A program made the translations under genes and the position numbers. From NCBI RefSeq assembly GCF_000757865.1, contig NZ_CP007754.1, positions 360,001 to 392,000 on the forward strand: a stretch of 32,000 nt of DNA. The letters are read 5' to 3'. The DNA is from Prochlorococcus sp. MIT 0801 (GTDB lineage Bacteria > Cyanobacteriota > Cyanobacteriia > PCC-6307 > Cyanobiaceae). A model generated the notes under the pieces. The model ran no database searches. It had not been told where the DNA came from and was given only the letters and a program-made list of their open reading frames with translations. Shown one piece after another: positions 1-8,219 of this stretch (position 1 is the first letter of the stretch; every line of letters starts with the position of its first letter).

Positions 1-402
1 TGGACGCTCCGATTGCATTAATAATAAGTTTCCAAAGATGTGTTTATATAATGCATTGATTGCTACAAGTAATGCATCATCATCATTAGGAGCAAATTCA
101 TTGATTTGAAGCATATTTATTTCAGCACTTTCCTTATTTAATATTTTGTATTTATAACTTTCAATCTTCCCCCTTTTGTAACTGCTCATAACTTTGTTAT
201 GAATTAAGTTTTCGAATTGCTTAGGTTTGGTTTTAGATGTGACTGTGAATTTCTCTTTTTTTCCTGGCATTGATGCTCCTCTTATATGTAATCCATACGT
301 TGTTTTTTTGCTTCCAGATACTCTACTTTTGTTAAACTTAACTGGATCCTTATTGATAGCTTCTGCTCCTATTTTAAGCGCTTTAAAAGGAATACTTGAC
401 AT
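1..402 (-). CDS. Phycobilisome-linker-domain protein, N-terminal part (partial, continues past the window start)
   Basis: The minus-strand frame is open from ATG at 402-400 to position 1. It is absent from the ORF track because there is no stop inside the window. Hand translation gives MSSIPFKALKIGAEAINKDPVKFNKSRVSGSKKTTYGLHIRGASMPGKKEKFTVTSK...NEFAPNDDDALLVAINALYKHIFGNLLLMQSERP. The last ~20 residues fit the start of the phycobilisome-linker domain (Y-x-x-[IV]-[FL]-G-N-x3-M-x-S-E-R pattern). Confidence 0.6.
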   Translation of the reverse strand, partial: MSSIPFKALKIGAEAINKDPVKFNKSRVSGSKKTTYGLHIRGASMPGKKEKFTVTSKTKPKQFENLIHNKVMSSYKRGKIESYKYKILNKESAEINMLQINEFAPNDDDALLVAINALYKHIFGNLLLMQSERP

Positions 403-506
403 ATCAATACTTAATACTAATTTAGTTTAACAATATGATGAGAATAAATATAAATTTTTTATTTTTAGTTATCTATATTATTTAATTTCTTAATAATTTT
501 TTAAAT

Positions 507-1166
507 TCATTGGCTTTTTTTCTGCGTTTCGGAAACTTTATTTTTATTAAATCCAGTAATAGTGGCTAGTGCAAACATTCCAAGTAAGGCACCCCCCAAC
601 ATTAGTCCAGCGCCCTGACTTACGCCTGCTCCAACTGCAACAATAATTGAATCACTTATTAATAAACTGATTATTAGAGCGGGCGTGAAAAGCCTCCATC
701 GTGTTCCCCCTATCCCTAACGCGTAGCTTAAAAAGTCAAAAAGTCCAGTCATTAGTAGTCCAGTCATTAGAAAGAAATTTCCCTCTAGTTGATTTTGGTT
801 GAAACTTTCAATTCTTTTCATGGCTTTTATGCCAACTAATTTCCGAACAGGAGCTCGGCCGAAATTTCTAGCTATAAAAAATGCTATCTGGCAAAAAATT
901 AGGTCAGATATAAAAATAGTTAGATAACCTGTTTTGAAACCAAGTAATGATCCGGCTAAAAGTGAATAAACTGAGCTAGGTAATGCTGGAAGGATTACGC
1001 TAATTCCTCGAAGTATCAGAATTCCCAGAGGTGCCCAAATGCCCATTTCTTTAACGGCACTTCTTAATGGTTCAATTCCATACGTCTGAATTAAGAAGAC
1101 AAGTAAAATGAAAGCACCTATAAAAAATGCAATAGTCAGGTATTTTTGTAATTTTTCTTTTTTCAA
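507..1166 (-). CDS. TVP38/TMEM64 (DedA/SNARE-associated) family integral membrane protein
   Basis: 219-aa ORF with multiple hydrophobic helices. The layout (LPxLPSS...LAGxLxG...FxxARxxGR) is typical of the TVP38/DedA family. Confidence 0.8.
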   Translation of the reverse strand: MKKEKLQKYLTIAFFIGAFILLVFLIQTYGIEPLRSAVKEMGIWAPLGILILRGISVILPALPSSVYSLLAGSLLGFKTGYLTIFISDLIFCQIAFFIARNFGRAPVRKLVGIKAMKRIESFNQNQLEGNFFLMTGLLMTGLFDFLSYALGIGGTRWRLFTPALIISLLISDSIIVAVGAGVSQGAGLMLGGALLGMFALATITGFNKNKVSETQKKSQ

Positions 1167-1334
1167 ATTGAACTCCTAGATATAGAGGATAAGCTCTTAA
1201 AAGACTTCTATGTAAATTAACCTATTTAAAATGTGTTTGATTTAGTTAATCCATAAAGATTTACGTGACATAAAATTAATCAATTTTCTACTTTTTAGCA
1301 CGATACTAAGATAAACTTTTAAGCGTAAAATTTT

Positions 1335-2130
1335 GTGCCCACAGCTCCTGTCAAAAACTTGGTTACTGGAGGGGCTGGCATCATTGGTTCTCATTTGGTT
1401 GATCGTTTAATTAAGTCTGGAGAAAAAGTTATATGTTTGGATAATTTTTTTACTGTGTGTAAAGAAAATATTGCACATTGGATTGGAAATCCATCTTTTG
1501 AGCTTATACATCAACCTTGCCGAACAAATCAAGCTTGATGTGGATACGATTTGGCATTTAGCTTGTCCAGCTTCTCCAATTCATTTTCAATTCAACCCTA
1601 TTAAAACAGCTAAAACGAGCTTTCTTGGGACTTATGATTTGCTCGGATTCTCTAGGAGAGTTGGAACTCGAATATTATTCGCAAGTATTAGTGAAGTTTA
1701 TGGAAATCCCGAAATACATCCTCAACTTTAAAACCATAACGGCAATGTAAACCCTGTAGGAATTCGTAGTTGCAACGATGAAGGTAAACGTATTGCGGAA
1801 TCATTGTGTTATGACTGCGTGAGAATACATGGTGTAGAAATAAGAATTGCCAGAATTTTTAATATCTATGGTCTTCGAATGTTATTAAATGATGGAAGAC
1901 TTGTTATCAACTTATTAGTTCAATCAATAAATGGAAATGACTTAATTATTTATGAAAATGGTAATAAAAAAAGAAGCGTTTGTTTTGCTGATGACTTGAT
2001 AGATGGTTTAACTTTATTCATGAATTCTTCAAATTTAGGACCTATTAATTTAGGTAATCCTAAAGAATTATTTAGTCTTCAAATAATTAACTTAATAAGA
2101 AATATCTCAATTGAAAAAGTAAATAAGTAA
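1335..2130 (+). pseudogene. Degraded UDP-glucuronate decarboxylase / dTDP-glucose-4,6-dehydratase-like SDR (UXS-type)
   Basis: Three track ORFs (1335-1538, 1471-1731, 1804-2130) are collinear with one UXS-type protein: GGAGIIGSH...FELIH / [38 protein letters not shown]...SEVYGNPEIHPQL* / NVNPVGIRSCNDEGKRIAESLCYD...HGVEIRIARIFNIYG. There is a frame change near 1512 and an in-frame TAA at 1729-1731. The catalytic Tyr of YxxxK reads Asn (AAC 1774-1776). The C-terminus is short and divergent. Confidence 0.8.
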
Positions 2131-2216
2131 TTAAATATTTTAAATTTAAAAAGTTAATCAATAAGATGTTATCATGATAGTCAAATCATTTTTCTTTTGA
2201 AAATTATAATAAAATT

Positions 2217-3263
2217 ATGAATTCAAAGGCATGCAATGAGACTATTCTTGTAACAGGTGCTGCAGGTTTTATTGGTGCGGCTTTAGTGAAAGCTCTTCTT
2301 GCTTTGGATTTTAAAGTTATAGGTATTGATAACTTAAATGACTATTATTCTACTTCCTTAAAGAGGTCTAGACTAACTGAAATTGAGAAAATTTCCATTA
2401 TAAATGGAGAATGGTTTTTTTATGAGATTTCTATAGAAGATAATAAAGTTTTACAAGACATAATTAATAGATATAAACCACAAGTTTTTGTTCATCTTGC
2501 CGCGCAAGCTGGTGTTCGTTATTCAATAACCAATCCTGCAGCATATATACAAAGTAATTTAGTGGGTTTTGCAAATGTACTTGAAGGATGTAGGCAGAAT
2601 AATATTTCTCATTTGATTTATGCATCTAGCAGTTCCGTTTATGGTGGCAATAAAAATCTTCCTTTCTATGAAGAACAAGCAGTAAATCATCCAGTTAGTT
2701 TGTATGCCGCGACTAAGAAATCTAATGAATTAATGGCCCATACCTATAGCCACTTATATGACTTGCCAACAACTGGGCTACGATTCTTTACCGTTTATGG
2801 CCCATGGGGGAGACCCGATATGGCTCCGATGATTTTTGCGAGATCAATTTTAAATAATGAGCCAATCCAAGTATTTAATCACGGTAATATGCAAAGGGAT
2901 TTTACTTACATCGATGACGTGATAGAAGGGATAATTCGTTGTTGCTTCAAGAAAGCAAGTATTGATCATGACTTTAATCCTCTTGTTCCCAACCCTTCAA
3001 CTTCGTCTGCACCTTATAGGATTTTTAATATAGGTAATTCAAGTCCAACGCAACTCACACACTTTATAGAGTTATTAGAGAAGAATCTAGGAAAGAAAGC
3101 TATAAAGAATTTTGAACCTATGCAGCCAGGAGATGTGGTCTCAACTGCTGCAAGGATGGACTTGCTTAATTCATGGGTAGAATACAAACCCTCAACATCC
3201 ATAGAGAATGGTATTCAATTATTTTCTGAATGGTACTTAGATTATTTTAAAAATACTTATTGA
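2217..3263 (+). CDS. NAD-dependent sugar-nucleotide epimerase (UDP-glucuronate 4-epimerase-like, extended SDR)
   Basis: 348-aa intact ORF with a GAAGFIGAAL Rossmann motif, ASSSSVYG, and YAATKKSNE (YxxxK). Overall similarity is to the CapI/WbnF/LpsL-type epimerases. Confidence 0.85.
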   Translation: MNSKACNETILVTGAAGFIGAALVKALLALDFKVIGIDNLNDYYSTSLKRSRLTEIEKISIINGEWFFYEISIEDNKVLQDIINRYKPQVFVHLAAQAGVRYSITNPAAYIQSNLVGFANVLEGCRQNNISHLIYASSSSVYGGNKNLPFYEEQAVNHPVSLYAATKKSNELMAHTYSHLYDLPTTGLRFFTVYGPWGRPDMAPMIFARSILNNEPIQVFNHGNMQRDFTYIDDVIEGIIRCCFKKASIDHDFNPLVPNPSTSSAPYRIFNIGNSSPTQLTHFIELLEKNLGKKAIKNFEPMQPGDVVSTAARMDLLNSWVEYKPSTSIENGIQLFSEWYLDYFKNTY

Positions 3264-3296
3264 AGAAGGGTTTTGATTTTTCTGATTATTTAAAAC

Positions 3297-3527
3297 TTAG
3301 GCTAGTCCTAATAATTTGATTCTGAAGAGAGCAACATTTCTGGATTCGATTGGATTAGAAATTAGAAAAGGGTGATTTTTAATATTCTCAAAAGCTAGTT
3401 CAATTTTTTCATCTATTTTTATATCTTTATTATTTCCCAGATCACAATCTTTCCATGCTGCATCAAATGCCATTGCAAAACTATCAGCATTATTATATAA
3501 ATTTTCACTAGATGCTCCTAAATTCAT
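3297..3527 (-). CDS. Hypothetical protein (76 aa, orphan-like)
   Basis: An ORF only, convergent with the epimerase. I recognise no family motif. The sequence is acidic and soluble-looking. Confidence 0.35.
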   Translation of the reverse strand: MNLGASSENLYNNADSFAMAFDAAWKDCDLGNNKDIKIDEKIELAFENIKNHPFLISNPIESRNVALFRIKLLGLA

Positions 3528-3918
3528 AAGAATAGAATCAAATTTTTAAATCATTTTAACTCCTTAATGGAATATTAAAAATAACTAAGTCTTTATAATA
3601 TAGTTAATCATTATCTATTTCGCTCGATAAAGACCATCTCATAATGATTACTGCGTAATAAGCTACCTAATGCATTTGGAGATAAATGATATGAAAACCA
3701 ACATAAATTATAATTATTGTTTAAAATAAACTCGATTACCAGCTATTGATTTTGCCAGATATTAACGATCTTTTAGTCTTACTTATTATTATTTTCATTT
3801 TAATTGTCAACTTCTTTAGAAGAAGTCGGAATTAGAATCATCAGATCTTTTAATTTTTTCAAAAACTATCTGCTTAATTAAAAATATGTATATATTTAAC
3901 TTTTAGTGTTTTTGAAAA

Positions 3919-4086
3919 TCAAGAGTCTCTAAGAGTGGTTCCAAGTCTCAAAGCTAAAACACCTGCAAAAATAACCATTAAAAATGATATACCAGCAAGA
4001 TCAGGTGAATTTATACCTAGACCTGAGGAGAAATCTACTTTTGAAAGATCAAAAGTACTTTGAACTCCAATTAAAAGGTTCGTCAT
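3919..4086 (-). CDS. Candidate small membrane protein (55 aa), not in the ORF track
   Basis: Hand translation gives MTNLLIGVQSTFDLSKVDFSSGLGINSPDLAGISFLMVIFAGVLALRLGTTLRDS followed by TGA. It has one clear hydrophobic helix followed by a basic tail. It is the only sizeable ORF in a ~790-nt otherwise non-coding stretch. No obvious SD. Confidence 0.35.
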   Translation of the reverse strand: MTNLLIGVQSTFDLSKVDFSSGLGINSPDLAGISFLMVIFAGVLALRLGTTLRDS

Positions 4087-4252
4087 TTCTGAACTACTAA
4101 TTTCATTTATGCTAACTCAAGATTGAAATGATCTTTAATTTTTTGAGCTTCTATTATCAACTCTTATGCAGCTTTGTAATAATTGTGATTGGTTTACTTA
4201 TTAGCTGACGATTTAAATGCCTTTAAGTTCTAAAGCATTGGTATGCATGGTT

Positions 4253-4300
4253 TTTAGGTATTAAAAAAGGACCTGTTGGGGTGCTTTCTTAATACCTAAA
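4253..4300. repeat. Perfect 12-bp inverted repeat (TTTAGGTATTAA / TTAATACCTAAA) forming a long hairpin
   Basis: Arms at 4253-4264 and 4289-4300 are exact reverse complements. The interior AAAGGAC (4266-4272) and GTGCTTT (4281-4287) extend the stem with one mismatch, leaving a loop of about 8 nt. It lies 16 nt from the 3' end of tRNA-Phe. Confidence 0.6.
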
Positions 4301-4315
4301 ATGTTTCAATTTTAA

Positions 4316-4391
4316 TGGTGCCAGGACCCAGATTTGAACTGGGGACACGGCGATTTTCAGTCGCCTGCTCTACCAACTGAGCTATCCCGGC
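4316..4391 (-). tRNA. trnF: tRNA-Phe (GAA), CCA encoded
   Basis: The reverse complement reads GCCGGGATAGCTCAGTTGGTAGAGCAGGCGACTGAAAATCGCCGTGTCCCCAGTTCAAATCTGGGTCCTGGCACCA. It folds as a cloverleaf with anticodon loop CTGAAAA and a 7-bp acceptor stem. Confidence 0.95.
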
Positions 4392-4535
4392 TTTAGCCCC
4401 TAATAATCTACCAATTCGTAAGTACCTTATTGAAAAATAATTTGAAATCTCCTTATTTTTTTGTCCAATTGCAAAGGCAATTTGAAAATGATGAGAACGC
4501 TAGTAGCTTCCTCATTGTTATGTTGGAAGCGAATT

Positions 4536-4805
4536 TCATAACCCAGGAATAACTTTGATCATCCTAACCAATGTTTTGTGTGCATCTGAACAGTCTTGAA
4601 GAATATGATCAAATTTTATTTCTAATGTCTGCTCATCAATTTTAAGCTGAATTGCTTCTGGAGATAGGCTTATCATTTTTGCTGATTTAAAAGTTTTAAC
4701 TTTGCCATAATATTTTGCATATGCATTGACAGCATCCTCATGGTCTTTGTTCATATGATTACATATTCTTATGCTTGACTCGTAGGTGATAGGCTCGGAA
4801 TTCAT
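4536..4805 (-). CDS. DUF2470-domain small protein (haem-utilisation/GluTR-binding-protein-like fold)
   Basis: 89-aa ORF. The motif ICNHMNKDHEDAVNAYAKYYG matches the HMN-x-DH-x-D signature of DUF2470. Confidence 0.7.
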   Translation of the reverse strand: MNSEPITYESSIRICNHMNKDHEDAVNAYAKYYGKVKTFKSAKMISLSPEAIQLKIDEQTLEIKFDHILQDCSDAHKTLVRMIKVIPGL

Positions 4806-4903
4806 AAAAATCTTTTTGTTAGTGAATTTAGAAATTAATTAACAAGTTAGGTAGATTTAAAGAAATTGAGATTAAAAATTTTATAAAGAATTTAATGCTT
4901 GCT

Positions 4904-6139
4904 TCATAATAATCCCTGCAAAGCAATACTTGCTACTCCTGCAGCGGGAGGTCTGTTGCAAATTTTTATTGGTATGCCAATTTCTCTTTCTCTTATTTTT
5001 TTCCAAGTAATATTTTTTGCTCCTCCTCCAATAGTAATTATTTGCTGAGGTAAATTAGCTCCTAATTCATTGATTTTTTGCCAGCCTCTTGCTTCTATTT
5101 TCGCTAACCCTTCAAATAATGCATGAAGATAAAGAGAATCACTTACGGGTCTTGGCTCAAGTTTAGGTTGTAAATTGGGATCATCTATTGGAAATCTTTC
5201 TCCTCGACTTGATAATGGAAGAAGGTTTAATCCTGACGAGTTATTAGGATTTATTTGTTTGCTTAATTCTTCAATATATTCAAGATTAAAGAAATCTAGT
5301 AGTATTGCAGACCCTGCATTAGATGCTCCACCAGATAGCCAATTCCCTAATAATTTATGATTTGAAATACCTTTCCCCTCAAGAGGCTTATTAACGAACT
5401 TCTTAATTACTATTGTGCTGCCAAGGATTGTTATCCCATCATTTTTATTAGGAAAAGTGGCTAAAACCCCAGCATTAGAATCTGTAGTTCCTGCTATCAC
5501 TTGAAGATTTTTTGGTAAACTTAGTTCATTTGCTTTTTTATTACATATAGTCCCCATTATTTGTCCTGAAGAAATTATTTTCGGAAGACATTTTAACCAT
5601 TTTAAATTCTGAAAATTTTCTGGCCATGAACTATTTGATATGTCCCAACCCATCCTAATATTGTTACCTTCTTCCCCATACTCCCAATTATTTATAAACC
5701 ATCCACTAATCCAATCTGCTTGGTGCCTTAAGATTATTTCATTACCATATAAGGCTAAAAGTCTTAGTGCTCTCCCAACACTTCCACTTATGCTTGATCC
5801 TGCACATTCTTTAGTAAATAGCTTTTCTATCTCGTATGAATATTCTGAAAAGGATAAGAAATAAGGTAGGGCTTTCCCAAGAGGCTGTCCATCTCTCTTG
5901 CATGCCAATAGAGTTCCAGAGGTTCCAGCTACTGAACAAGAAACTAATTTTTCTTTAAGACCTTTTGGAATTTCTTGTATTAGAGTTTTAAGGCTATTTA
6001 TCCAGTCTTCAGACACTTCAAGACCTTTAGAGTATGTTTTTGATGATGTGAATAATATTTTTTTCTTAGTATTAATGATTGCAATTCTTACGCCTGATGT
6101 CCCAAGATCTATACCAAGGACAAGAGAATTATTTAACAT
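4904..6139 (-). CDS. FGGY-family carbohydrate kinase (xylulokinase-like)
   Basis: 411-aa ORF with the N-terminal LGIDLGTSGVRIAI phosphate-1 motif, GTTDSNAG, and C-terminal ITIGGGAKN, as expected for an FGGY/actin-fold sugar kinase. Confidence 0.85.
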   Translation of the reverse strand: MLNNSLVLGIDLGTSGVRIAIINTKKKILFTSSKTYSKGLEVSEDWINSLKTLIQEIPKGLKEKLVSCSVAGTSGTLLACKRDGQPLGKALPYFLSFSEYSYEIEKLFTKECAGSSISGSVGRALRLLALYGNEIILRHQADWISGWFINNWEYGEEGNNIRMGWDISNSSWPENFQNLKWLKCLPKIISSGQIMGTICNKKANELSLPKNLQVIAGTTDSNAGVLATFPNKNDGITILGSTIVIKKFVNKPLEGKGISNHKLLGNWLSGGASNAGSAILLDFFNLEYIEELSKQINPNNSSGLNLLPLSSRGERFPIDDPNLQPKLEPRPVSDSLYLHALFEGLAKIEARGWQKINELGANLPQQIITIGGGAKNITWKKIREREIGIPIKICNRPPAAGVASIALQGLL

Positions 6140-6159
6140 TTTTTATGATTAAATTCTTT

Positions 6160-7389
6160 TTATTTGAGTAAACTTAGTTCTTTTGCTTTTTGAGATACGT
6201 CCTCCCATGGGAGAAGAATATCCGTTCTACCAAAATGACCATAGGCCGCAGTATCTCTATAAAATCGACCACCTCTCATACTTGGTAGGTTTTGAAGATC
6301 GAATGCTTTGATGATTGCGCCTGGTCTTAGATCGAATTGAGCTTGTACAAGTTGTGTTAGTTCAGAGTCTGTAACCTTTCCTGTCCCAAATGAATCCACA
6401 AGTATCGATATGGGTTTTGCTACTCCGATTGCATAACTTAATTGAACTTCAATTTTTTTTGCCAGATTTGCTGCAACTAATGCCTTCGCAACAAATCTTG
6501 CTGCATAAGCTGCAGATCTATCAACCTTAGTGGGGTCTTTCCCTGAGAAAGCGCCTCCTCCATGTCGAGCATATCCACCATAGGTGTCAACAATTATTTT
6601 TCTTCCAGTTAGACCTGCGTCGCCTTGAGGACCTCCAATAACAAATTTCCCAGTGGGATTAACAAGGAAGCGAGTTGATTCTTTAGCAGGTTTCAGAGAC
6701 AGGTCTTCAGTCGCAGGCTCAACAACAAATTTCCATAGGTCTTTAGCGATTCTTTTTTGGATTTCCTCTTCAAGAGTTATTCCATCTATCTCTGCTTTGT
6801 GCTGCGTTGAAATCAAGATTGTGTCTATGGAGCATGGTACTCCGTTTTCGTAGGAGACACTTACTTGGGTTTTGCCATCAGGTAAAAGATAGTCGATTAA
6901 TTTTTGGTGCCTTACTAATGCCAGCCTTCGTGCTAATCGATGGGCGAGACTTATTGGCAATGGCATAAGTTCAGGAGTCTCGTCACAAGCAAATCCAAAC
7001 ATGATCCCCTGATCACCAGCCCCAACTTGATCGAGCGGATCTGTTGAATGATCTTCAGCTTCATTTACACCTTGAGCTATATCTGAAGACTGTTGGTCAA
7101 GTGCGACTAGAACGGCGCAACTATTAGCATCAAATCCACCATCACTAGCACTTCTATATCCAATGTTTTTGATGACTTCTCTGACAAGCTTGTTAAAATC
7201 CACCTCTGCTTTTGAAGTTATTTCTCCAGTTATTAAACATAAGCCAGTATTAACAACTGCTTCACATGCGACTCTGCTGGTTGGATCTGCACTTAGGCAT
7301 GCATCTAAAACTGCGTCACTCACTTGATCACAGATTTTGTCTGGATGTCCTTCAGTGACAGATTCAGAGGTGAAAACGTATCTACTCAT
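6160..7389 (-). CDS. metK: S-adenosylmethionine synthetase
   Basis: 409 aa with [55 protein letters not shown]. These are unmistakable MetK signatures. Confidence 0.98.
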   Translation of the reverse strand: MSRYVFTSESVTEGHPDKICDQVSDAVLDACLSADPTSRVACEAVVNTGLCLITGEITSKAEVDFNKLVREVIKNIGYRSASDGGFDANSCAVLVALDQQSSDIAQGVNEAEDHSTDPLDQVGAGDQGIMFGFACDETPELMPLPISLAHRLARRLALVRHQKLIDYLLPDGKTQVSVSYENGVPCSIDTILISTQHKAEIDGITLEEEIQKRIAKDLWKFVVEPATEDLSLKPAKESTRFLVNPTGKFVIGGPQGDAGLTGRKIIVDTYGGYARHGGGAFSGKDPTKVDRSAAYAARFVAKALVAANLAKKIEVQLSYAIGVAKPISILVDSFGTGKVTDSELTQLVQAQFDLRPGAIIKAFDLQNLPSMRGGRFYRDTAAYGHFGRTDILLPWEDVSQKAKELSLLK

Positions 7390-7412
7390 TTAAAATATTA
7401 ATATTCAATATT

Positions 7413-8201
7413 TTAGTGGCTTGAATGAATTTTTAATTCATTTAATTTTTCTATAAGAAATCTTTTTTCAGTCAAAACTGGGGGGATTTGCCATCCACCA
7501 TTAAAGCCAACTACTATGTTTATACCAGCTTCTTTGGCCATTCTTAAATCAGTATCTGCATCTGAAATAAGAGCACAATCTGAAGGATTAGAGTTCATTC
7601 TTTTGCAAAGTTCTATAACTGCTTCTGGATTGGGTTTAGAAGGTTTATTCTCAGCACTCCAATAATAATCAAATATACCTTCCAATTTATTCCTGAAAAT
7701 AAATTCTTCAAACCCTCTTTTTGTATCATTTGTCATTAATGCAATAGATACTCCTTTTCTTTTTAGAGAAACCAATAGATCTAAAGCTCCTGAAATTAGA
7801 GTTCTATGATGCTGCGTATTACTTTTTTGATTAGAAAGGTAAATATCTACTTCATCGAAGATTTCTTTACCTATTGAAAGTGATTGAAACCAATCGAAAC
7901 CAAATAAAGTAAAGATTGTCGCAGTTGATATAATATTTTGCTCTCTAGAAGCTATCGCTAAGCTTGCTTTAGCAGAAAGACAATTTTTTTTTAATCCATA
8001 AACTGAAATAAGTAATTTTTTTATTATCCAAATTTTAATATTGTTTAGTTTTAATTTTTTAAATTTACGTTCAAAAAAAATTATCCTAGTTTTAGCCAGT
8101 TCTAATAAGCATTTTTCACTATTTGATAAGGTCCCATCCTTATCAAATATTACTGCCTTAATAAAACCAACAGAGCTATTCTTAATTAATAGTTCTGCCA
8201 T
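7413..8201 (-). CDS. HAD-superfamily hydrolase/phosphatase
   Basis: 262 aa with motif I VIFDKDGTL, later LMTNDTK, and SDADTDLRMAKEAG (motif IV-like). Confidence 0.8.
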   Translation of the reverse strand: MAELLIKNSSVGFIKAVIFDKDGTLSNSEKCLLELAKTRIIFFERKFKKLKLNNIKIWIIKKLLISVYGLKKNCLSAKASLAIASREQNIISTATIFTLFGFDWFQSLSIGKEIFDEVDIYLSNQKSNTQHHRTLISGALDLLVSLKRKGVSIALMTNDTKRGFEEFIFRNKLEGIFDYYWSAENKPSKPNPEAVIELCKRMNSNPSDCALISDADTDLRMAKEAGINIVVGFNGGWQIPPVLTEKRFLIEKLNELKIHSSH

Positions 8202-8219
8202 TTCAATAAATGTAAATAA

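Noticed and set aside
227-430. 67-aa plus-strand track ORF
   Set aside because: It lies antisense to a longer open minus-strand frame (402 to 1) whose product ends in a recognisable phycobilisome-linker-type motif. The plus ORF has low-complexity hydrophobic content typical of antisense read-through in AT-rich DNA.
1471-1731. 86-aa ORF, and its neighbours 1335-1538 and 1804-2130, as independent genes
   Set aside because: All three are collinear pieces of one UXS-type SDR interrupted by a frameshift and a stop. They are better described as a single pseudogene.
3014-3202. 62-aa minus-strand ORF
   Set aside because: It is fully embedded antisense in the well-supported epimerase CDS and has no family signal.
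3919-4300. A type I toxin-antitoxin interpretation (small hydrophobic peptide plus a nearby structured RNA)
   Set aside because: This is pure speculation. The hairpin does not overlap the ORF, there is no evidence of an antisense promoter, and the peptide has a long polar N-terminus unlike typical type I toxins. It is kept only as one possibility under the small-ORF finding.
4316-4391. tRNA-Phe, and tRNA-Thr at 14612-14683, as integration sites of a mobile element or prophage
   Set aside because: No integrase, transposase or phage genes are present, and I could find no duplicated tRNA 3' segment by eye. The genes flanking tRNA-Thr are core (tsaC, minE). Only a weak islet hypothesis is retained, for the tRNA-Phe side.
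5175-6152. Plus-strand ORFs of 61, 74 and 84 aa
   Set aside because: They are antisense inside the FGGY kinase gene. No motifs are present, so they are likely chance ORFs.
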